Positions 22,401-32,717 of a DNA stretch of 32,717 bases are shown one piece after another; position 1 is the first letter of the stretch; each line of letters starts with the position of its first letter. This DNA comes from Chiloscyllium plagiosum (taxonomy: Eukaryota): assembly GCF_004010195.1 (NCBI RefSeq), contig NW_025213390.1:1-32717 (forward strand). Reading direction: 5' to 3'. The notes beneath the pieces were generated by a model that searched no databases, was not told where the DNA came from, and was given only the letters and a program-made list of their open reading frames with translations. The translations under genes were made by a program, and so were the position numbers.

Positions 22401-25400
22401 TCTGGAAAGAACGGCACCTGACCACAAATTCACTGTGTGATTGCATATCCCTAAAGGCATTAAAAGTCATTAAATATTACCTTGCAAGTGTCATGGATTT
22501 ATAGATGTTTACACTGTAGAAGGAGGCCATTCAGCCCATCCTGTCTGTGGCTGTCAAAAAAGATCTGACAACACTAACCGCATTTTCCAGCTTGTAGACC
22601 ATAATTCTGATGGTTATGACAAAGCGAGCAAACATTTATTTACTCCTTTTACATATTTTGAGAGTTTCTGACAGCCATCATAGGATCCCTATAGTGTGGA
22701 AGCAGGCCATTTTGGCTTGTCGAGTCTATACTGACCTTCTTGAAGAGCATCCCACCCAGCCCCAGCCCCTACCTGCTCCTGTAACCCTGCATTTCCAATG
22801 GCTATCCACCTAAGCTGCACATCCCAAGACACTCTGGGCAATTTAGCATGGCCAGTCCACCAAACCTGCACATCTTCGGACTCTGAGAGGAAACCAGAGC
22901 ACCCATAGGAACCCCCACAAACATTGGGAAGAATTTGTAGAGATTGCACAGACTTTTGCCCAAGGATAGAGTTGAGCCCAATCCCTGGTGCTGTTAACAG
23001 CAGTGCTAATCACTGCTGACGATTCTGTCAGGTAGCGAATTCGAGAATCTCATCAACCAATTGGTGAAAACATTTCTCCCCAATTTCTCTCTTCGCCTAC
23101 TACCTCTACCAAATCTGTGCTCCTTTGTTAATGCAAATTTCTATTGTGTTGTGGAGGCCTTTTGCATTTGTCAGAATAGGACATGTTACTAAAAACAAAA
23201 ATAAATCTTACTTCAGTTAGTAGTGAAGACTTTCTGTGTCTTCCAAGTGTGTGTGCATGAATGAAAATTACTAGACTTGAATGTTTTTCAGCCAAATTTC
23301 TGTTCACAACTTTGGGCACTGTGAAATGTGTAAGAAGGTCCAATCATTCTGGACTATTCCAACATCATTAGAAATTTGTCTAAATCATGGCAAGCTGGAA
23401 GTTTTGTGACCATCACACTGCATATTTTGTTTTGGAAGCTTGTTTTTAAAAAAAAAATTATTTTCTGTGAAAATGTTTAGATCATGCAGATATAATATTG
23501 TCATTGATATGTGAAGAATGTTAGCTGTTTAAATCCACATTTGTTACAATCTTTTAGCTACAATTTTTTTATAGCTTGAAGCTGAATCTGTTCCAGAAGT
23601 ATCTGAAAAATACGAAATTAGTTCAGTGCCTACATTCTTGTTTTTTAAGGTAAGATTTTACTATGTTACAGCATCTAAAATGTTGAGCTCTTTTGAAGAA
23701 GCCTGACACTAGTTGGATTGTTTCTATTTTTAGGTTGCCATAGAAACCAGTTTCTGAGCTGCCTAAATGTTACAGTGACAAGAACCTTGACAACTCTTAA
23801 AGTGCCAGTATAAATAATTTATCGTGATGTCTTTCTTGAATTTTTCTTAATTCAGTTTAATAACTTAACCCCATATAATGAAGAAATATTTGTATGCTAA
23901 CTTTACAATTGGCAAACACGTTTTGTAAGAATGTGATGAGTTGATTAATATTTATTCTAAATATTTTTGGAATTTTCTTATTGAATGCATTTTGAAAATC
24001 TGCAGGCTTTGCTGATGAGGCTCTGGTTTGCTTTGAGATTTTGAAATTGAAGACATGTCAAGGATCAAAAGGTTGAGACTTAATTTGTACCTGTTGCTCG
24101 TACAGGGATTTCTACATGTTGTAGGATTCATAAGTGATATGATTTTTTAAAAAAATTGATTTATGTTGATTAACAGTTAGAAAGATACTTTCAATAATTT
24201 AAGATCGCCTAAAATGTTCTTACTCATTTTTTTCTTCCATGTAACTGGTTGGTTTAGTTAGTTTTAAGTGATCATTGCAGTTTTGTCATTCATTGAGAAC
24301 CAATTTTTAAAAATGAAGAGGTTTCTACTCTTTCCTACTCATGGTTAGCTTCTTCTGACTTTAAAGCTGTTGTGAAAAGTGGAGACGCTGCATGTGAACT
24401 GACAAAAATGATGAATAGCAAGTTATATCATTGAGCTAGTCCCAAATGCTCGTGACACAATTAAAAATTGCAATTCCCCATAATTCTCACACGCCAGAAG
24501 CCATATAAATGCTGCTTTGAGTAATAATTTAATTTGGTGCTCTGATACCACCAGATTGTCAAGCATTCAAAAAGTAAATAGGTAGTTGAGATAAAAGTGT
24601 TGAGTCCTGATGAGCCCATAAAGATACTATAATTTGTTTTCTCTTGGGTGTTTTTATGTCAACTGTAAGTTTCTATTTTTGATTTAGTCTAAAAACAAAT
24701 CATAATTAGCGCGTTTTTAGTAATGTTGTTCATTTCCATGCTTTACTGCATTGTAAGCCATTTAAAATGGTGGCATGTGACGTTTACATAGTGATGATCT
24801 GACTGTAGTGGCTGTGCTAACTTCATGTTGAAATAGTTTCTTTTGATGGAAGTATAGTTCTAAGTGTTCATCTTTCAAAGTCCCTAATATTGCTTTGCTC
24901 CAGTTATGGCTTCGATTTAATCAAAGTGAATATGTTTGCTCCAGAATTGTCAGAGGATTGACCAAGTAGATGGTGCCCGTGCTTCTGAGTTAACTAAAAA
25001 AGTGCAGCAGCACAGTGAGATTACCAAGCAAGACTTGAATGAACAATTGGGGAAACTTCTAAATTCCGCACCTTGTATGTTATTTATGAAGGGAACTCCT
25101 CAAGAACCTCGATGTGGTAAGAGTAATTCAATTTTTAAAATGTAGCTGCAGAGTTTCATTAATAATTGCTATTTCAAATGCCAGAAATAGGTTTTCATTT
25201 AACGTAGGATTAAAAACTGCTTACATATATATGACATATAAAATTATTTTCTAATTATTACTTTTAGAATTTACTACACATACAATTGTTACGTTGTAAT
25301 TAAAAAAGATGGGACAATGTTCTTTGCGTCTACAAAATCATTGTCAGTGTAATGATTTAATTTAACTAGTGCTGATTGGTATAATGCGTTGTGCAAACGA

Positions 25401-28400
25401 GGATAAAAAGTAGGCCCCTCAGTCCCTCAAGCTTTTCCTTCATTCAATAAGATCATAGTTGATCTGATTTTTAACCTCGGCTCTACATTCATGCATATGC
25501 CTGATTAATCTTTCCTTCTCTTGATAATCAAGAATCTATCTACCTTTGCATCCATTGCCTTTGAGGAAGGGAATTCCAAAGGGAATCAGATTTTTTTTCT
25601 CCTTTTCTGTCGTAAATGGGTGATCCTTCATTTTGAAACTATGACCCCCGAGCTCTATATTCTCACACAAGAGGAAACATCCTTTCCACATCCACCCAAT
25701 CAAGTCCCCCCAGGATCTTCTATGTTTCAACTAAGTCACCTCAGAGTTTTCTAAACTCGATACAGGCCTAGCCTGTCTAACCTTTCCCCATAAGGCAGTT
25801 TGTTAATTCCAGTTTATTTGTCTAATTAGCTTTCTCCCAACTACATCCGATGCATTAACATGTTTCCGTAAGTACAGTGACTAGTACTGTCCACGTTACT
25901 ACAGTCTCAACAATGCCCTGTATAACTGAAGCATTACCTCCCTACCCTTATATTCAATCCCCCTTTAATAAAACATAACATCCTCTTAGCTTTCCCGATT
26001 ATTTGCTGTACCTGTGTACTAACCTTCAATTTATGCACTAGGACACCTTAATATCTCTGTCTTGGAGCTCTGCAACTTCTCGTCATTTAAAAGCTTGAGA
26101 TAGAAAGCAGTCACTGTATGTTATTCAGAAGTAGAATTATCATCAATATTACCAATTCAATTTTAATCATTCAAAAAAGTATTTCATTATTGTGTATGCA
26201 AAAAGCTAAACATTTTCATTGATTTAAATTCCCGTGGCCACCTGGTATCTCAGTATTTTGCAGCTAGTAAAGAACAGTTGCAGTGTAGTCGCTTTTTAAT
26301 GTGGGAAACGCAACATCCAATTTGCACATAGTAAACTTGGCAGACAGTAATGTGCCATTATCAGATCTATCTTCTCTGCTGCTGCTCTTCAAAATAGTAT
26401 CACGGGATCTTTTACTTAAGAAGACAAATGGGGCCTCAGTTTGGCATCTCATTTAAAAGGCAACACCTCTGCCTGTACTGTATTGTCATCAGTACTATAC
26501 TGGTTTCAACCATAAGTGTTATGCTCCAGTCCTGGAATTGGCTTCAACCCACAATCTTCTTATTCAAGGTGAGTGGGCTAACCAAACCACTGTTTATATT
26601 TACTAAACGTAAATATAAACTATTCTGCTAAAATTTATTTTGCCTGTTTACATTGGCTGTATTTGTTAATCGAGGTTGTCATTTTGTGTGTAGTCTATTG
26701 AGACAGCTCCTTGTTTTTCTTTTGAAGTTTACATTGGTCTAACAGAATTAATTAGAGTCATAGAGATGTACAGCATGGAAACAGATCCTTTGGTCCAACC
26801 CGTCCATGCCGACCAGATATCCCAACCCAATCTAGTCCCATCTGCCAGCACCCAGCCCATTTCCCTCCAAACCCTTCCTATTCATCTACCCATCCAAATG
26901 CCTCTTATATGTTGTAATTGTACCAGCCTCCATCACTTCATCTGGCAGCTCATTCCATACACGTACCACCCTCTGTGTGAAAATGTTGCCCTGTAGGTCT
27001 CTTTTATATCTTTCCCCTCTCGCCCTAAACCTATGCCCTCTAGTTCTGGACTCCCCAATTAACTCCTCACTTTTCTAATTCAAATAGTTAATAAAATGGT
27101 GTATACTTCAATTTTGTGGTTTTATGTCCTTTCCCTGTGGCTGCTTAAGTCTGTAGTCAAACAATTGCTCATTATCTTAATTAAATGCATTCAAGCTTTT
27201 ATTCTATTACTTCAAAGTTGTGTAATTTCAGGAAAGATAGTGAGATAAGCAAAGGTCTATCAAATTATATTTGATGTTTATCTTGAGGCTTTACATTTGG
27301 AAAGCAAACATTTTTGGAGGGAAAAAATACATTTCTATAGGAACAATGCACATGCCTTCATGCCCTAAATATGATTTGGCAACCTTCCTTCCCTAAAGGA
27401 CAGACATATCAATTTTCAACCTGTTCGGTGTACAGCATTGCAACCCTTGTGCCAATTTGGTAATGATTCACAAAAAGACTTTTACGGCTGTTGTGTTGAT
27501 CAATCAAATTAGTTTGTGTTTGTTAATTTTAAAGTTGATTTTTTAAAAATGAATTTATGCTTTAAGTCTCAATTATTTACTTGTTTTTTTAACAGTCATT
27601 GGTTACTGTACAGAAGGAGACTTTGTATGTGTTCTGAAAGGTGTGGATATATGTCAAGATAGTAAAATACATTATTAATTTTAAACGTACCCATTTTCCT
27701 TGAAGAAACATCCAAAAAATATGTTTTACTGTTAATTTGTATTAAGGTTTATTTTCTACAAAATTGAAGGCAATGGGAATCATGGAAAACTCTCCACTGG
27801 TTAGAGTCATACCTAGCAGAAAAGAAGATGGCTATGGTCGGTGAAGGCCAGTCATCTCAGACCCAGCGTATCGCTACACAAATTCTGCTGGTCACTGCCC
27901 TGGGCCCAACCAAAATCACTGCTTTATCGATGAACTGCTCTCTAATATAAGGTCAGAAATAGGGATGTTCACTGATAATTGGTTCTGAACAGTGTGCATT
28001 CACAATTCCTCAGATACAGAAGCAGTGATGTCCATATGCAGCAAGCCCTCAATAACATTCACACTTAGACTGTATCATTTGTGTGTCTCAAGTCCAGTGT
28101 AATGTCCATCTCCAACACGAGTGTCCAACCATTTCCCCATGGTATTTACTGGTATTATTATTGAATTCCCTATTGTCAGCATTTTGGGGCTAATCATTGA
28201 CCAGCAATATAAATACTTTGGCTATAACAGGCTGTGAATTCTGAGGTAATTAACTCACCATCTGACTCTGCAGAGTCTGTCCTCCTCCAAGACATAAATC
28301 AGAGTGTTTTGGAACTCTCTCAGCTTGTCTGTTTGAGCACCTCTAACAACACTCGCAGCTTCAGGACAATGTAGCCTCTTTGATGGCACCCTTTCAACCC

Positions 28401-31400
28401 AATTAAATGTTCACCCCCTCTGTGATGGTTGGAGAGTGGCGGGTATATACAAAATGCACTGCAACAATACACTGAAGCTCCTCCATCAGCACCTTGCAAG
28501 CCCGTGACCTTTAACATGTAGGAGGATCAGGGCAGCAGACTTGTGAGAACACCACCACCTGAAAGATTTTCACCAAGGGACAATCCAACCTGATTTGGAA
28601 GTATATTTTTGTTTCTTCTTGTTGCTGAATTAAGACAACTATTTCTTTTCCTTGCTCTAATTATTTTTGATTGTGGCATTTTTATGTCTTTTTTGTTTTT
28701 AAAATTGATACACTGCATGTCTTCACTTAAAGTTGTAGTTCCTTTCCCGAAATTCATGACCCATAAGTGAAGCAACTTTAAGCAAATCTGATTTTTTTCC
28801 ATTAGAATCAATATAAAACTGTAGTTAGGTTCTGCTTGACCTTTGTCTGCAGAGAAATATACCTTGTATGTTGAAATGTTTCTATTGATAAATTCCTAAA
28901 TTAGTAAATGAAGTATGTACAAATATGTTTTTAAAAAAAAATAGAAGTAGTATAGTAACTTTCAACTTGCCACCTGCTTGCCACACCTGCTTTTAACTTC
29001 CCGCTCACTGCAGATGTTGTTCAGACCCTTCTAGTTACTGTAGATCTTTCTTCACCCACCCTCCATCTTCTAGATTCTCCTGCTTATCTTGCTGAGTGTC
29101 CTACTTGCAGTCTCTGTCAGTCCTGGACTCACCATTTTATCGAACCTCCCAGTTTCAACACTCCCTTTCACTACTTGCTTCTCTTGAACAGGGAATGCAG
29201 GTTCAGGATCGAGATCTGGTCCAAAGCTGGGATAATGAAAGTGCAAGTCTCAATGGTGCAGAAGTGCCAAGCTGGGGATGTTAAATATATATTTTGTTAA
29301 ACTGCATACTCTGCGTGAAATCAGGAATGGGTTTACTTAGCTGAATATCATTGTCTGCTGTGTATGTTTCCACTATGCTTCACTATATAGTTGAGATTCT
29401 GGTGCTGCTATAGTGCTTATTTGTAAAGCCACATCTTAGACCATTCTGTGCATTTGAGACCCATATGGTCACAACCTTGGCGATCAGATCTGAACTGGGA
29501 CTTGGGACTTAAACAGCAGTCCAGGTTGAGTACGGAGTTGTGAGGAATGAGCAGTTTGGTTAATGCAAGGACCCGCTAAAGGATAAGTTAGGAAGTGACA
29601 GAGGCCACACGTTAAAAATTCACCAGCAAGGGAAAGGGTCAGTGACCGAGCGATGCTGTTCCAAAATGGTACTGATTAGGTCACATGGCCTGACAGGAGT
29701 GATTTTTAAAATGAACCTTGTGATGTTAATTGAAAATACTTACTCCATTAACTAACCATTAAAAGGGTTTAACTAGGACCTACCATACCCTGAAAACCTG
29801 GGAACCTTCCAGCATATTTTTCCCTTCTGTGACTCCAGCGGGAAAGTAAATCCTAAAATAAGCCTCGACCCAAGAATGCCAGAGTACAGCATTTCTTTAT
29901 AGTTTTCAGGGTGCCTTGTGTGAAGTAAGAGTTCCTTTAGCCAGAAGTCCTCACTACTTCATCTGCAGGGAGTTCTGTGTAAGTTTGGAGGGTAACATGG
30001 CAGAAAGCTCCTGCAGGACCCAAGTGTGGGTCTTGGAAAATGTCCTGTATCTCAAATTTATATTTTAAAAAATTGCTTGTTTCTCTTTAAGCAATGCAAG
30101 AGGTAAGTCCATTATGATCAGTTGACTGTCTCAATCCCTCATTATATATTGCTGGGCCAACTTTAGTGGGTGCAATCCCTGTGCAACTGCAAGGCTCCTA
30201 ATCCGAAGTAACGTCAGATTGAACGTCTTTATGTTAGTAATGCTGCAAATGTCCCTGCTGCAAAAATTGGGCCTGAAATTTCTCAAAACTGCATCAAACG
30301 TAATCTGCTGTATCTTGTTTTATTTGACAGGCTTCAGCAAGAAGATTGTGGAAATTCTCAATGAGCATAATATTCGTTTTTGTAGCTTTGATATTCTTTC
30401 TGATGAAGATGTGCGTCAGGGCCTAAAAGTTTATTCTAACTGGCCTACATATCCTCAACTGTATGTGAATGGAGAACTGGTTGGAGGACTTGATATTGTA
30501 AAGGTTGGTTCTGTAGTATTTGTGTCCTGTGGAGAAAATATATGCATTGCAGCTTTATTACTGAAAACAAGGCAGAATGGCTTATCCCAGTAGTTTGGGT
30601 AAGATGAAGTCCAGCCATGTGGCTGAAGAATAATTAGCCAAAAAAATGGAGTGTGTTCTTCATTTCTGAAATTCTTCACTAAAAATTAAATATTTTGACA
30701 AAACCATACAGGAAGCATAACTATAACATTCTAAAAACTTATTTCATCAGCTGTTTCGTAAGGTAATTTTGCCAGATATGTGCAATGAAGCATGGATGAT
30801 TGTTATCTAAAAAGAAGGTAATCATTGTTTTCGACAGTGGACAGGGTCTAATTAAAAATGGAACCCTGATGGTATATTCAGCATAGCCATTTAATAACTT
30901 TATGGGACATAAGCTACCCACTGAAGTTCAACTTGCATTGAAATTCACAAGCTATAGCGTGATGCCATAAGAGAACTGTAAAAGTCACAAGGGTGGTCCA
31001 TATATGGTTAATTACTGTAAAAAGTTTAAAACAAACTGTAGCTGTTATTTCAGAAAACCGTAACTAAATGAAACAAAGTATTTCACGGGTGAGTTTGCAG
31101 TCAACCTATATCCAATAGATCTGATTAAATGCTTCTGAACTTTGCTAATGTAGTGTCTAATTAAGCTCACATTATCTTTTGACCATGATGCAATATGCTG
31201 AATTGATATCCTTAAAAGTTACTTTAAACCAAAGCTTAACAGTAACATTTATTTGTTTGCTTTTTGCATGTCAATATTAATTCCCAAATTCTCTCCCAGG
31301 AGCTAGCTGAGACTGGTGAACTGGAAAAAACTTGTTACACGGAAATGCGATTGGAAGATAGGTAAGCTAATACTTGTTACTGCAGTGGATTTGATGTATT

Positions 31401-32217
31401 TTATGCAGCAAGAAATACCATCACCACAGCTGTTGTAACCTTGTAGCCTGTTTTGATTAAAATGTTTGGATGTAAATGTGTACACAACTTCATAGCTACG
31501 CTCCACAACACTTTGTATTTAGCATCTTTGTATTTTTAGGTTGAAAGCACTGATTAATAAGTCAAAAGTCGTCCTGTTTATGAAAGGAAACAAAGCAGTA
31601 AGTATACTTTTATTAATGAACAACATGAATTCAAATAGTGATTTATATCATGCATTAAAAGTTTGTATGAATGTGGAGACTATCTCAACTAACAGTTGTC
31701 AATGGTGGCATATGTGAGACCTGAATTAACCATGACGAAATCGAAGTATATGCAACTTGTTACCATGAAATAATCAAAAGTAATCGATGCTTTTAAGGCC
31801 ATGTTTTTGCTTCAGTGTTCTTTAATGTCTGGTTAGGGAAAGGTGCTACTTGCCTTGTTATGCCACTGTTAACTTGCTGCTTACAACTCTTTGGTTCCTA
31901 CCAGACTGGAGAGAACCCTATATGAGGTTTGTTTCAGCTTATTTGTGTGCTGAACAAACATTTAAAGAGGAAACATTTAAGAACATGACCCTTGTCACAG
32001 TTGCCAATGTTACTTGTAATTTTATTCCCAGTTGGCAAAATGTGGATTCAGCCGCACTATTGTGGGAATACTGAATGAAACTGGGTATGTATCCATATTT
32101 GGACTACAAAGTAATTTATGAAATTATAATTTATTATGGTTTAAATTGGAGTTTAACATTTTACTTTCTTAATACAGAGTTGAATATGAAACGTTTGACA
32201 TTTTGGAAGATGAAGAA
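12902..32217 (+). CDS. GLRX3: Glutaredoxin-3 (PICOT/TXNL2), multi-exon CDS, 3'-partial: join(12902..12960,20639..20747,23575..23649,24945..25116,30331..30503,31300..31361,31540..31597,32032..32084,32178..32217)
   Basis: Nine GT-AG-bounded exons total 801 nt in one open frame. The product has a Trx-like domain ([12 protein letters not shown]...SVPTFLFFK), Grx domain 1 ([16 protein letters not shown]...[20 protein letters not shown]) and the start of Grx domain 2 (LFMKGNK...AKCGFS...FDILEDEE). The remainder of Grx2 and the stop codon are outside the window. Confidence 0.97.
16206..16545 (+). mobile_element. tRNA-derived SINE, HE1/V-SINE type
   Basis: GGTGGCATGGTGGCTCAATG head, GCAGGTTAGGTGGATTGGCCATACTAAATTGCCC core, CCACACTGTAGGGATTCTATG tail. 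Confidence 0.85.
16717..16819 (-). mobile_element. 103-bp Penelope-type mini-insertion with 7-bp TSD and a decayed hammerhead
   Basis: Flanked by TGTCATG (16710-16716, 16820-16826). Homologous to ~18215-18340. Minus strand reads CTGA-AGGGC(tcat)GCCC-AAAACATC. Confidence 0.65.
17860..18200 (+). mobile_element. Decayed L2-like LINE fragment
   Basis: [13 protein letters not shown] / [13 protein letters not shown] remnants resembling the L2 motif AETLIHAFVTSRLDY. Confidence 0.5.
18215..18415. mobile_element. Penelope-type fragment forming an imperfect inverted repeat, with a decayed hammerhead on the minus strand
   Basis: Arms ~18258-18323 and ~18344-18410 are reverse-complementary. Minus strand reads CTGATGA-A-GGGC(ttat)GTCC-AAAACATT. 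Confidence 0.65.
19005..19350 (-). mobile_element. CR1-clade LINE 3' end
   Basis: Minus [46 protein letters not shown], followed by a CR1 3' UTR. Confidence 0.9.
19630..19975 (+). mobile_element. Old CR1 3' fragment
   Basis: Degenerate similarity to 6900-7280. Confidence 0.55.
20144..20370 (+). mobile_element. Penelope-type insertion with internal inverted repeat and 14-bp TSD
   Basis: Flanked by TAACT[G/A]TAATTACT (20130-20143, 20371-20384). 27-bp perfect inverted repeat at 20142-20168 / 20301-20327. Contains a hammerhead core. Confidence 0.72.
20252..20294 (+). ncRNA. Minimal hammerhead ribozyme motif in GLRX3 intron 1, sense orientation
   Basis: TCG-CTGATGA-tgat-gatacc(gagtat)ggtgat-GAAA-CGTC-TGA. 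GUC cleavage triplet and palindromic ACGT in place of stem III; stem II is imperfect. Confidence 0.55.
20639..20747 (+). CDS. GLRX3: GLRX3 exon 2 ([36 protein letters not shown])
   Basis: Acceptor ttctctctttAG, donor AAG|GTAATG, 109 nt; Trx-fold active-site region. Confidence 0.96.
22498..23110 (-). mobile_element. Old CR1 3' fragment interrupted by a SINE
   Basis: Reverse-complement CR1 tail GAAGGAGGCCATTCAGCCCATC at ~22519. The CR1-like sequence resumes after the SINE (~23025-23100). Confidence 0.55.
22676..23016 (-). mobile_element. tRNA-derived SINE, HE1/V-SINE type
   Basis: Homologous to 4652-4940 and the reverse complement of 16206-16545. Confidence 0.85.
23575..23649 (+). CDS. GLRX3: GLRX3 exon 3 ([25 protein letters not shown])
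   Basis: Acceptor tttttttatAG, donor AAG|GTAAGA, 75 nt; contains the Trx cis-Pro motif VPTF. Confidence 0.96.
24945..25116 (+). CDS. GLRX3: GLRX3 exon 4 ([23 protein letters not shown]...[17 protein letters not shown])
   Basis: Acceptor tttgctccAG, donor G|GTAAGA, 172 nt; end of Trx domain, linker and start of Grx1. Confidence 0.95.
25400..26090 (-). mobile_element. CR1-clade LINE 3' fragment
   Basis: Minus-strand GGHSFKMK...F remnant and CR1 3' UTR; homologous to 6647-7281 in reverse. Confidence 0.75.
26255..26590 (-). mobile_element. Old SINE with a Deu-domain-like core (SacSINE1/AmnSINE1 type)
   Basis: GGGGCCTCAGTTTGGCATCTCATTTAAAAGGCAACACCTCTG resembles the reverse complement of the recalled Deu-domain core. 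A degenerate tRNA-like head lies at ~26530-26590. Confidence 0.6.
26752..27057 (-). mobile_element. CR1 3' end
   Basis: Tail TAGAGTCATAGAG..., and minus-strand [38 protein letters not shown]. Confidence 0.88.
27760..28590 (+). mobile_element. Decayed CR1-clade LINE, RT to 3' region
   Basis: [32 protein letters not shown] and decayed FADD (MFTDN, ~27965). Confidence 0.7.
30331..30503 (+). CDS. GLRX3: GLRX3 exon 5 ([58 protein letters not shown])
   Basis: Acceptor ttttatttgacAG, donor AAG|GTTGGT, 173 nt; completes CGFS and contains the WPTYPQL and GG motifs. Confidence 0.97.
31300..31361 (+). CDS. GLRX3: GLRX3 exon 6 ([21 protein letters not shown])
   Basis: Acceptor ttctctcccAG, donor AG|GTAAGC, 62 nt; its phases link exon 5 to exon 7. 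Confidence 0.92.
31540..31597 (+). CDS. GLRX3: GLRX3 exon 7 ([19 protein letters not shown])
   Basis: Acceptor tatttttAG, donor GCA|GTAAGT, 58 nt; second LFMKG motif. Confidence 0.95.
32032..32084 (+). CDS. GLRX3: GLRX3 exon 8 ([18 protein letters not shown])
   Basis: Acceptor ttttattcccAG, donor GG|GTATGT, 53 nt; second CGFS. Confidence 0.95.
32178..32217 (+). CDS. GLRX3: GLRX3 exon 9 ([13 protein letters not shown])
   Basis: Acceptor tttcttaatacAG, donor GAA|GTAAGT, 40 nt. Confidence 0.95.
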
Positions 32218-32336
32218 GTAAGTTCTGTGTTTTAAGTTATTGTATGTGAAGTGAACAATTGTGGATTTGTGTTCTTGCTAAGTTCTGTGATCCCCTCTGA
32301 TTGGAATGCTGCTGTTTTGTGGAAGCACAGGACAAG

Positions 32337-32705
32337 ACCATAAGACATTGGAGCAGAAATTAGGCCATTCAGCTCATTGAGTCTGCTCCGCCATTCAGTC
32401 ATGGCTGATTGAGTTTCTCAACTCCGTTCTCCCACTTTCTCCCCGATATCCTTGATCCACTTGATACTCGAACCTATCCATCTGAGTTTCAAATATACTG
32501 AATGACCTGGCCTCCACAGCCTTCTATGGCAATGAATTCCATACATTCACAACTCTTTGGCTGAAAAGGTTTCCCCTTGTCTCCATTCTAAAAGGTCTCC
32601 CCTTTACTCTAAGGCTGTGCCCTTGGGTCTCCTACGGATGAAAACATCTTCCCAAAATCTACTCTGTCCAGGCCATTCAGTATTCTGTATGTTTCAATTC
32701 AATCA
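32337..32705 (-). mobile_element. CR1-clade LINE 3' end
   Basis: Collinear with 19005-19350 (CCATAAGACAT..GAGCAGAAATTAGGCCATTCAGC...). Confidence 0.88.
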
Positions 32706-32717
32706 CCCCCCCCCCCC

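Noticed and set aside
24607..24630. CTGATGAG motif (also at ~24012)
   Set aside because: No stem II followed by GAAA at either site.
30219..30593. 124-aa ORF as a stand-alone glutaredoxin
   Set aside because: It is exon 5 plus intronic read-through; splice sites delimit 30331-30503.

Overview
This is eukaryotic, repeat-rich genomic DNA, most likely from a cartilaginous fish (shark), judging by HE1/V-SINE-type SINEs, abundant CR1 3' ends and shark-type Penelope fragments. The main gene is glutaredoxin-3 (GLRX3/PICOT) on the + strand. Coding exons 1-9 (12902-32217; 801 nt, 267 codons) splice in frame with canonical GT-AG sites and encode the Trx domain and two CGFS monothiol Grx active sites; the last exons lie beyond the window. 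At the left end, a CpG-rich patch with a 33-bp minisatellite sits just upstream of a candidate minus-strand first coding exon, possibly the C10orf143 orthologue, head-to-head with GLRX3. The ~11 kb between the two genes is mostly decayed mobile elements: an L1-clade LINE with nested insertions, a CR1 tail, and a rearranged Gmr1-like Gypsy element (PR-INT-RT order). Several short Penelope-type fragments carry minimal hammerhead-ribozyme motifs, often within inverted repeats, including one in sense orientation in GLRX3 intron 1. All family assignments come from motif recognition and recall, not database searches.
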